From: Parasitella parasitica NRRL 2501
Taxonomy: Eukaryota > Fungi > Mucoromycota
Assembly: GCA_025201805.1 (NCBI GenBank)
Contig: MU619408.1
Location: 1-33,537, forward strand
Length of the DNA stretch: 33,537 bases
Direction: 5' to 3'
Under the pieces are notes generated by a model, which worked only from the letters and a program-made list of their open reading frames with translations, was not told where the DNA came from and ran no database searches. The translations under genes and the position numbers were made by a program. Positions 1 to 10,374 of this stretch are shown here, piece after piece; within the stretch, counting starts at the first letter, position 1; each line of letters opens with the position of its first letter.

Positions 1-336
1 GAGTTGAAGTTTGAATGTCAATTATGCAATGATCTCTTGAATCATCACATGTTGATTTTTTAACCTAATTTGATGTTTGCCAAAAGCGCAAGGTGTAAGA
101 TGGTGAACTATCCTAAAGCTGGGTATTATATAAATCTGGCGCTCACTACTTTGCGTTTTTGAACCGTTAAAAGCCGTTGTCTTTCTTTGTGTTTCTCCTC
201 AACAATAATAATGTTAGTAGTATCGTCACTGAAAAACTCAATAAAAAAGGACAGAGGCAACAGCAAACAATTACTCATAACTTTTCGATTTATTACATCA
301 TTAAAAAACATACTATATACATACTATATATATATT

Positions 337-1619
337 TTACGGTTTGGTTTCTTTATCCTTGGTGGTATCATCAGTTGTGGATACAACATCATTACCCAGA
401 GCATCCTTCTTGGGAGTAGCACGGGCTGCCATCCAATCGTACCACTGTTCCTCTGTCTTTCCATTTAAAATAGCAACGATTATGATTGACATGTTGTCAC
501 ATCCAATGCCTCCTCCACTACTATCTGGTGCAAGACAATGGTCTATTATTTGCTCACAAATATCTTGCAATTTTGTCTTTTCGGCAAGATGTTGATACAC
601 ATAGCTGACTACTTGTTGGTTCGTCATACAATCCCAAATACCATCACAGGCTAAAACAAAAAACTCATCCTCGTCTCTAATCGTATGTACGATTATATCA
701 GGGTTGCAGGTTACTACCTGTTCCTCAGGGGGAAGGTTGGATGCTTGTTTAAATTCAAAATCGCCGATAGCACGCGACAAAGCAAGATTACCTATACTCT
801 GTATTAGTGTCAAATTGATTGGCATGTTGCCTTAAAAACTTGCCATTGACACGGTTGAATTCAACAAAACCGCCAGCATTGCAAATGCGTTTACTTTCTT
901 TGGGATCAATAGGCTTGTGATCATAGGATAAAGCTTTACTCTTACCAGCTGTACTAATGACAGATCTCGAATCGCCAGCATTAGCCTACCTTTAAGATTA
1001 AATAACAAAAAGAAATATATTAAAACGTTCACTAACCACAAAAATAGATTTTTGATCAGGAGTAACTAACGCTGTAACAGCTGTGCATCCAGAGGGGTCG
1101 TAAGCAAAATTTTGATCTAGACAGTCGTCAGAGACAAACGATACTGAATGTACCAGATATACCTTTTAAAAGTTCCGCATCTAATTTCATATAAGCATCA
1201 ACCAAAGCCTTGGTATACTCCTTTTCTTTGAAATATGACGATTCAATGACACGATGATGAAGTGTTTGTCCTGTATACTGGGCAACAGTCGAGCCTAACT
1301 CCAGATTTGATTTACAATTTCCTTTTTTTTTAAAAAAAAAGTCGAACCTGCTTACCTCCGTGGCCATCATAAACGCCAAAGAAACTTGCTGTCGTACCAC
1401 CCACATCTAATTCAACACAATGCGCATCTTCCATGGCTGAAAAAAAAAGTGAGAGAAACAAATAAGGAAACTAGTTGGGAGAGTAACAATGAAAAATTTT
1501 CTTTTGGTATACTTACAGAGTCTCCAACCTTGCATTGCCGAAAGGCCATAAAGCAGGCTTTTATTCTTTCCTTGGTAAGTCGATTTCTCAACTATAGGTT
1601 CTGAAAGCGTTTGTCCCAT
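337..1619 (-). CDS. PTC2: Protein phosphatase 2C (Ptc2/Ptc3-like), ~330 aa, 6 exons (1619-1517, 1436-1356, 1294-1163, 1116-1037, 985-844, 791-337)
   Basis: Spliced frame gives MGQTLSEP (myristoylation-type start), [58 protein letters not shown] and GCDNMS. Exon lengths sum to 993 nt. Intron 5 is GC-AG. Ptc2 and Ptc3 cannot be told apart. Confidence 0.95.
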
Positions 1620-1650
1620 GGTTCCTAATTGTTCTTCAAAGCAATTTTAT

Positions 1651-1729
1651 CTATCAAAAAAAAAAGAAGAGAAAAACGGTGATTTTGACGTTAGAACATT
1701 AAAAAAAAAGTCAGCTTGGAAAAACGTAC
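1651..1729 (-). other. Probable 5'-UTR intron of the PP2C gene
   Basis: GTACGT donor, TTCTAAC branch point, long polypyrimidine tract and TAG acceptor 31 nt before the ATG. Confidence 0.65.
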
Positions 1730-2058
1730 AGAAACCTTTAAGAGGCTTCAAAGCGCTGACTTGTTGAAGCAGGTCAGGTGCCCAGCAAACTGAAGGCTGC
1801 ATACTCGAATGCCTAGGCCATTTGCATATCTTTTTCGAACATCCACATCAAATGAGCCATACATGACGTAGATTCGCTAATCTTGGCGTTAATGAGCATC
1901 TAAAGTATCACTTTTCCTCAAGAAAATCAAATTTGATTGATGATTACGTGTGATGTAGGCCATCTTCTGTGTGTAGCATAGCATGCGAGATTTCCAAACG
2001 CTATCTGTTTTTAATGTTCAAGTCTACTAAGCGAAACTATAAAATACTAGAGTTTCAT

Positions 2059-2756
<698 letters not shown>

Positions 2757-3174
2757 TGAATTATGCTTGATGGAATGGCATTTTGCATTGTAGAGAAAAA
2801 AAAAAAAAACTACCGCCACCAGCAATCATTGTTCCTGCTTTTTCTCCTTGTGTACCTGAATATCCCGTAATGGTATCCAAGGAACGACTGATTGAAACTA
2901 GTTGTGGGATGCCGGCATTGGTAGCTTGCTTGATTGATACCATCAATAAAACTTTGAGGAGATGGCAATAGCAGGTGTTGAATGTCCAATCATTTTTTGA
3001 TGGCGTTTTCTGGCTAAAAATGCAATGTCATTTACAATTTCCAAAATTCCAAAGAGCGTTTGTCTAGTGATTTTATCAAGCCTTCTATTTAGATGTGAAC
3101 ATAAACCGTATATAAAGTAGTCAAACTATGCTATACAATATGGTTGTATATTGCGAACAGATAATTATAGTGTA

Positions 3175-3204
3175 TCCCAAAAGAGAGGGTCCCAAAAGAG
3201 AGGG
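3175..3204. repeat. Perfect 15-bp tandem duplication (TCCCAAAAGAGAGGG x2)
   Basis: Read directly at 3175-3189 and 3190-3204. Confidence 0.85.
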
Positions 3205-3892
3205 GGTCAATGCGTATAGTTACGCAATGCATTAAATTAGCTTGACAGATGCATGAGCCTTCAGCTGCGCGTATGTTGATGTATATTTTCTGTTTTACTT
3301 TGACTCTAAAATTGGAAAACAGCAAAAAATTTAACGTGAATAGGGGTTTCTTTCTGTAACTCAAAATAGTTTGCAACAAAAATCAATCTCGTTGTCATGG
3401 TTAATATCAACGATAAAGGCTCACTGTAAATAAAACTTTTATGGCCAGTAAAATTTAAATGCAAACAATAAAAGAGAAACGCTAAATTTATGATTATCTT
3501 CATAATTGCAAAAGAACAAGAAGTAAAATACCAATTCAAGGAAACATGTCATTCATGCGCCGAAAGAAGATTATAATGATATTGATTCAAAACCATCGAC
3601 TGATTCGCTTTAGTTTCGGTTCACCTGTTCGTTCTAGAAGAAGGAGAAAAAGAGACATGAAAGAATACAAACTTGTGGCAGAAAGGTCAATTTAGGATCA
3701 GGACAAGGGAAAAAGATAAAAGGTGCTAGTTAGAAACTTTATGTTGACATATTTGGTCAGTCGGTCATCTAGCATTTCAGCGTTGTATTTGTTCGTGAAC
3801 CAGCGCATATAGACCCAGTCAGCAAGACCGAGGCAAGATAAGCAAATAATCATACTTGAATCCTTCGGAATTGACCCTGACTCGTCTCATTA

Positions 3893-3959
3893 TTTGCGCT
3901 AGACGCGATTCTTTTTACATATATGTGCAATTGGTTAAACGCTAATTATATGGACGCGT
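3893..3959 (+). promoter_or_regulatory. Putative G1/S cell-cycle elements (MCB ACGCGT 3954-3959, MCB-like ACGCGA 3903-3908, TTTGCGC 3893-3899) upstream of RNR1
   Basis: CGCG cores cluster ~110-170 nt upstream of the RNR1 ATG in AT-rich DNA. RNR large-subunit genes are classic MBF/E2F targets. Confidence 0.6.
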
Positions 3960-4065
3960 TTTTTCTTGACGTTATTCGATTTCGAGATCCATTTAAATGC
4001 TCTCAATGCGCAGAGACATTTTCTTTTCTCTTTTTTTAGAAACAGATTTTTCATAAAAATACACA

Positions 4066-6598
4066 ATGTATGTTATTAAAAGAGGTAAGTTGTACTCGGA
4101 TTTATATCCCATTAAACTAACATGATATTTCATTGCTGCGTACAGACGGTCGCAAAGAAAAGGTTGCATTTGATAAGGTAAATACACATTAAAGCTACCA
4201 CAAAAAGAGCTGCAGTCGTTAAACATCTAATTCATAGATTACTGCAAGAATCAACAAGCTCTCTTACGGCTTGGATGTCAATTTTGTCGATCCTGTCACT
4301 GTTACTCAAAAAGTTATTTCTGGTGTCTATCAAGGCATTACTACTGTAATGCTTGATACGTTAGCTGCTGAAACTGCCGCTTATATGACCATTGCTCATC
4401 CTGATTATGCTATCCTTGCTGCTCGCATTGCCGTCTCTAATTTACACAAGGAAACTCGAAAGGCCTTTTCCGAAGTTGTCCAGGATTTGTACACATATAT
4501 CAATCCCAAAAACGACACACACTCTCCCATGATCTCTGAAAATGTTTACAAGGTCATCATGGAAAATGCTGAGCGCTTAAACTCTGCGATTATCTATGAT
4601 CGTGATTTCAACTTTAACTTTTTTGGCTTTAGAACTCTTGAGCGCTCTTATCTTCTTCGTATTAACGGCAAGGTTGCTGAAAGACCTCAACATTTGATTA
4701 TGCGTGTTGCCATTGGCATTCATCCGGACGATATCGATGCTGCGATTGAATCCTATAATCTTATGTCTCAAAAGTACTTTATCCATGCTAGTCCTACTCT
4801 TTTCAATGCTGGTACTCCTCGTCCTCAACTATCATCTTGTTTCCTATTGACTCCCAAGGAAGATTCTGTTGAAGGCATCTTTGAGACTCTCAAGCGCTGT
4901 TCCAAAATTTCAAAGAGCGCCGGTGGCATTGGGCTGAATGTGCACAATATCCGTGCTTCTGATTCATATATTGCTGGATCGAATGGTGAAGCTCATGGCT
5001 TGCTGCCCATGCTCAAGATCTTTAACAGTACTGCTCGCTATGTGGATCAAGGTGGCAACAAGCGTCCTGGTGCCTTTGCTATTTACCTTGAGCCTTGGCA
5101 TGCTGACGTATTTATGTTCTTGGATCTTCGCAAGAACTTTGGTCGTGATGAAATCAGAGCAAGAGACATGTTTTACGCTCTGTGGATCCCTGATCTTTTC
5201 ATGAAACGTGTTGAACAAAATGGCCAATGGTGCCTCTTCTGTCCTAATGAAGCACCCGGTTTATGCGATGTTTGGGGTGATGAATTTGAAGTCCTTTTTG
5301 AAAAATATGAAAAGCAAGGCCTTGCTCGTGAAACCATGCCTGCTCAAAAACTTTGGTTTGCCATCATGGAAGCTCAAACCGAGACTGGCAATCCCTTCTT
5401 ACTATACAAGGACGCTTGCAACCGTAAAAGCAACCAACAGAACTTGGGCACTATCAAATGTAGTAATTTGTGTACTGAGATTGTCGAGTACTCTAGTCCT
5501 GATGAAGTTGCTGTTTGTAATCTTGGCTCTCTTGCTTTGCCCTCCTATGTTAAGAATGGCGTTTATGATTTCAAGAAGCTTCACCAAGTTGCCAAGGTCT
5601 TGACCAAGAATCTGAACAAAGTTATCGACCTTAATTTCTACCCCGTTCAAGAAGCTTACAACTCTAATATGCGCCATCGCCCCATTGGTTTAGGCGTCCA
5701 AGGCTTGGCTGATGCTTTCATCTTGATGAGATATCCTTTCGAATCTCCTCAAGCTAAAAAGTTAAACTTGCAAATTTTTGAGACTATTTATCATGCTGCT
5801 TTGGAAGCCTCTTGTGAACTTGCTGCCAAGCTTGGTCCTTATTCTTCTTATGAAGGCTCTCCTGTTTCTAAGGGTCAGCTGCAATACGAAATGTGGAATG
5901 TTACTCCTACTGATTTATGGGACTGGGACACCCTGAAGGCTGACATTGCCAAGTATGGCGTTCGTAATTCCCTTCTCTTAGCACCTATGCCCACCGCATC
6001 TACCTCTCAGATTCTTGGTTTCAATGAGTGTTTCGAACCCTATACATCGAACATTTATATGCGCCGTGTATTGTCTGGTGAATTTCAAATTGTTAATCAA
6101 TGGTTAATGAAGGATCTTGTCGAGCTTGGTATCTGGAATGATAAGGTCAAGAACAAGATTATGAATGACAATGGTTCTGTCCAAAATGTAGTTGAAATTC
6201 CTTCTGATCTTAAAGAGCTTTATAAGACCGTTTGGGAGATTTCCCAACGTACCATTATCGACATGGCTGCTGACCGTGGTGCCTTTATTGATCAAAGTCA
6301 AAGCATGAACTTATTCATCAGTAAACCCAACTTGGGTCGTTTGACTTCAATGCACTTTTACGCTTGGAAAAAAGGTTTGAAAACTGGCCAATACTATCTT
6401 CGTATTCGTCCTGCTGTTGATGCTATCAAGTTTACCGTTGATCAAGAAGCCATTGAAACATACGAGGAAGAAAATGAAACTGTTAGTAAAGATATGCCCA
6501 TCAAGGCTGAAGTTTCTGCCAAGAAAGATATGAGTGAATTACAAAACAGAATGCCTGTTGTCTGTAATGAAGAGGTTTGTGTCAGTTGCAGTGGTTAA
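4066..6598 (+). CDS. RNR1: Ribonucleoside-diphosphate reductase large subunit (class Ia), ~803 aa, 3 exons (4066-4084, 4146-4177, 4238-6598)
   Basis: Spliced N-terminus [22 protein letters not shown] (ATP cone), [18 protein letters not shown] (loop 2), [30 protein letters not shown] and C-terminal CVSCSG. Confidence 0.98.
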
Positions 6599-8098
6599 TA
6601 ATCTTTTATCAGAAACAAGAGCAAGCTTTTGTAAATAATTTCTCTCACACTCTCATATCATTCTTTTTCAAAAAAAAAATTTTCCGTTTCTACATTATCC
6701 ATTGAACTTGCTAAAGAGATAAAACGTACTCATTTTTATTAAAGATATTTGCATAAAACTAAAGTATCGTTTCAAACATAAAGTTCCAAACATTCGGGTG
6801 ACATTAATTTATACTACGCATGTAAGATATGAAAAGTCGGATTTTTCTGTAAACCTGAACATAAGAACATTGAAGAGATCAAATACAAAAGACGGATACA
6901 ATAATATTAAGGAAAATATCACATCAAATATCATTATATTGGTTGTGCTGTTGTGTGCAGAGGATAAAAGAATATAATCTGGAATAAAATCAGATAAGAA
7001 AATTTCATCCTAAATTGCTTCTAATGAAATGCTAGTTGTCAATTGTGCACAAATACATTTTGACCTTTGAAACTTGGATGGTGACGCACGGTTAAACAAT
7101 ATTGAACTTGGCATCACATACCAAGTTAATCACCTGTTTTATAATGGCTTATTCCTTATTATCGTCCAAAGAATCACCAATCAAGCAATTGCTTAATCTC
7201 AGGCCTTTCTGGCACAACAAATGCAACCATAGGATAGTCTGCTTCAAGAACACTACACCTTCAGTTCTACCACTAATGCTTCTTTAAACACAAAAACTTA
7301 GGACCAAATTTTAACTAGAAGTTGCCTCCAAATTCTGCAAGCAGACCATATATTCAACTTGTTGAGCATATATTCGCTCGTCAGTTATTAGTAATTCAAA
7401 TGAATGTACCATACAGCTTGATGAATTGAGCGAGTTAAGGGTCGATTTTCTCAATTCACACAAAATTTTATTCAAGAGGTCACTTCTAGCAAACTTTCAA
7501 GTATTTTGACTTGAAGGATGATATGAGCTTTATTTTTTCGTTTATGTTTTTGGCAAATTTCAATGAATTTTAAAGCAGTAAAAGATGTATGTAATGAAGC
7601 ATACACAATTTATTAATAAAACTAGCGAATATATATTGAACGGTTTTTGTTTCTGAGCAAGAAAAGTAAGAATAACGTGATAAGAGTTTCACTATTATTT
7701 GGATGGCCCGTCTTGCCCTGTAGCCAAGGGCAAGAAAATAAAATAAAAAATGGCTGTCGAAACAAGTTGCTTTTTGGTAGAACTACTAGAGCTACTGTTG
7801 TGATCAAGACACCATGTGTAGTTATTGATGTGATATATTGACTTATTAATTTGTAAGTTTTATCTCCTCATATTATGCTTGCTTTTATTAAAAACAATTA
7901 CAATTTGCTTGATCGAACAGATAAAATATATTGAATTCAACGCAACCTACAACTGTTGTCTCTGTAATAATTCGACGCTGAAATCACGTCTGTATTAGTT
8001 AAGCCCTTATATTAGATCACTTATAATCGCAAAATTGAGGTTTACTGACAGTTGGGTGGATATAAAAGGGGTCTATATTCCATTTTTACTGACTTGAT

Positions 8099-8770
8099 TT
8101 AGCAGGTTTGGCTATCTTTCGTAATATGGAGACTATCAACCTCATAAAACTCGCAACGCTCATCAAGCCATTTTTGCTCTTTTCCTGAACTTTTAAAACA
8201 ATCAATGCTCCATTCTTCTTCGGATAGTAGTTTCTTATCACCAATCCAAAGATAAACCTCTGTATTACACAACTTATCGCCATCGATTACTTGAATAGCA
8301 ACACGCTTGTAATCCTATTGCTCTGATTAATATATCAATTTGTCTTTTTTTTTTTCTTTTCAAAAAAAAAGTCTAATACCTCTCCTTCAAAACAATCCAG
8401 CGCATTAATATCTTTTAACTCAAGTCCTTGGCAAAGTATACCTATTACACTGTCTTGGTCCTCTCCAGTATAAATTACGGCAGGATAATCTTCTCCATTT
8501 AGCGAAAATCGTTTATGCCCCTGTAAAATTATTACCTAAGGAGTCCGACTATGATCTTAAAAAATGTGAATTACCTTCAATAAGGCAGATCTTAATTGTA
8601 TCGAGTTCAATTTAAGTGTTTTGTCATGCTCAGTAGCAGTTGCACCACATAATACTTTATACTTGGATTTAGCATGCCATGATCTAAAATACCCACTTAT
8701 TTTTTTTCTTACCTCTAGAAAGTACAACATTTGACATCAAAGAACCGTAAAAAAAAGCAGAATAACACAT
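8099..8770 (-). CDS. AIG2-like / gamma-glutamylcyclotransferase-fold protein, ~164 aa, 4 exons (8770-8713, 8654-8575, 8520-8380, 8314-8099); absent from the ORF track
   Basis: Spliced translation MCYSAFFYGSLMSNVVLSRVLCG...ALLKGHKRFSLNGEDYPAVI...VIGILCQGLELKDINALDCFEGEDYKRVAIQV...VYLW...EEEWS. It carries the FxYGSLM, YPA and LDxFEG motifs. Three GT-AG introns (58, 54, 65 nt); 495 nt with no internal stop. Confidence 0.9.
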
Positions 8771-9051
8771 TTTTTTCCTAAGCAAAGAAGAAAAAGAGGC
8801 ACCAGATTCATGTACATTATTGAAAACAAATATCGGAGAAGGCTTACTGTGGTAACCATAGTAGCAATGTATGTACTCTCCTTGTGTGACGCAAATACCT
8901 TAAATTTGATGGATTTATCTCGGGATTGGGTTTTCAACTGAATTATATAAACTTTTGGCAGCAACAGCAAAAAGGGAGCAGCACTGTAAAAATTTGTATA
9001 TAAATGTTCCGCCAGCATCTCTTTTTTGTTTTGTTTATCTAGCCCACATCA

Positions 9052-10146
9052 ATGGTTGTCAATATCGAAAAGGCAGAAGAAATCGTAAAATATGGATGTG
9101 TCAAAAAGCATCTGATTATTCAAAAGAAACTATTACAGCAGGTCATTGACCAAGTACAACAGCGACGTAGTATGATTCACAATTACCTGACTACTGTCGA
9201 CATTATTTCACGGCAGTACGACCGAAAAAAAAATTCTCTGGAACAGCTAATTCACCATTTAGATGGTCGAGGTCAAGAATTGGATCAAGGGTTACAAAAG
9301 ATCAGCCATCAGCAAAAAGAATTAGAAAAAAAACAGATGCATTTGGAACATGAATTGCAATTTGCAAGGTCTATTGCTGAGAAATGTCGAGAGAAAAAGA
9401 TTCGCAGTGAACAACAATATCATGCTGTAGTGTCAGTGCCACTCCTTTCACTGCAATCGAAAAAGCGCTACTTAAAAGCAAGAGACAGCAATGCTGAAGC
9501 CGAGCAACAAGTCTCCGAGAAACGGGAAGCGCTAGAGAAATGTCGAGCACATCTTAAGCTTATGTCCAGAACGGTATCAGCCCAGTATAGCGAGCAGGAT
9601 CAATTATGCACTCAAAGAAGAGGTTCTGTAGATACGATCATGACATCGACACAGCAGCTGGCCTACTTAAAACAAGGTTGTGAGTTTTGGACAGGGTTTG
9701 ACAGTTATCAGGCCCAGGTCGTTTTAGAATCTGCAATTTATTTGTCTGATCTGGAAAACCAGCCTAGCAAGAAAAAGACGAGCAATAGTTTTCTGGATGT
9801 ACATCATGTGTGGACAAAGACATTCAAACTGGCATGTTTTGAGTATGGTGATCGAGAGTTGTATGGCGATACCCGCTGGAACCCAAACGTGTTAGAGATC
9901 ACTTTTGATTGCGACATGTGCCAAACATCTCAGACAGGTTGGCCGAGAGTAGTTCGAGATCATGAACTGGCGTGCGAATTGTGTTATAGCACCATTATTG
10001 AAGAAAAGCGCCCTAGCAAAGTATTAGATAATGCTAACGGTTATACCATAACGGCCACATCAATCCAACAGCATAATAGCAAGATGAAGAAATTGTTTAG
10101 TGGTTTCTTTCATCAGCGCTCATCCAAGGTTAATCCTATCCTGTAG
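9052..10146 (+). CDS. Hypothetical protein, 364 aa: long coiled coil plus a C-terminal Cys4 (CxxC-x17-CxxC) putative zinc finger
   Basis: Intronless 1095-nt ORF with a Q/E/K/L heptad-rich N-terminal 60% and CDMC...CELC. Divergent from the AIG2-like gene across 281 bp. Confidence 0.8.
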   Translation: MVVNIEKAEEIVKYGCVKKHLIIQKKLLQQVIDQVQQRRSMIHNYLTTVDIISRQYDRKKNSLEQLIHHLDGRGQELDQGLQKISHQQKELEKKQMHLEHELQFARSIAEKCREKKIRSEQQYHAVVSVPLLSLQSKKRYLKARDSNAEAEQQVSEKREALEKCRAHLKLMSRTVSAQYSEQDQLCTQRRGSVDTIMTSTQQLAYLKQGCEFWTGFDSYQAQVVLESAIYLSDLENQPSKKKTSNSFLDVHHVWTKTFKLACFEYGDRELYGDTRWNPNVLEITFDCDMCQTSQTGWPRVVRDHELACELCYSTIIEEKRPSKVLDNANGYTITATSIQQHNSKMKKLFSGFFHQRSSKVNPIL

Positions 10147-10374
10147 AATAGTTAATAGCTGTAATTATAATAAAATCTTATATCGGTCTACTTTGTAATG
10201 TATTTCTTGATATAAGCTTACTGTCAGTATCTCAATGCATCTTCATGTCTCTTCCAAGAGTGTCAAACACACACGTCACTTTTTTGCATGTTCGGTTATC
10301 CAAAAGCTTCATAAAACGGTTTTACGTTAAAAGGCATCTTCTTTTTGCTGTTTCTACAATATCCACCCCTTAAA

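Noticed and set aside
2761-2971. ORFs of 61 aa (-) and 62 aa (+) upstream of TAD2
   Set aside because: No recognisable motif, non-ATG or weak starts, and both run through an A/T homopolymer. I also considered SRP RNA and RNase P/MRP for this fold-back, but their conserved motifs are absent.
4577-6301. Antisense and alternative-frame ORFs inside RNR1
   Set aside because: Shadow ORFs of a codon-biased gene.
8086-8283. 65-aa minus-strand ORF in the track
   Set aside because: Wrong frame. The true coding frame is exon 4 of the AIG2-like gene.
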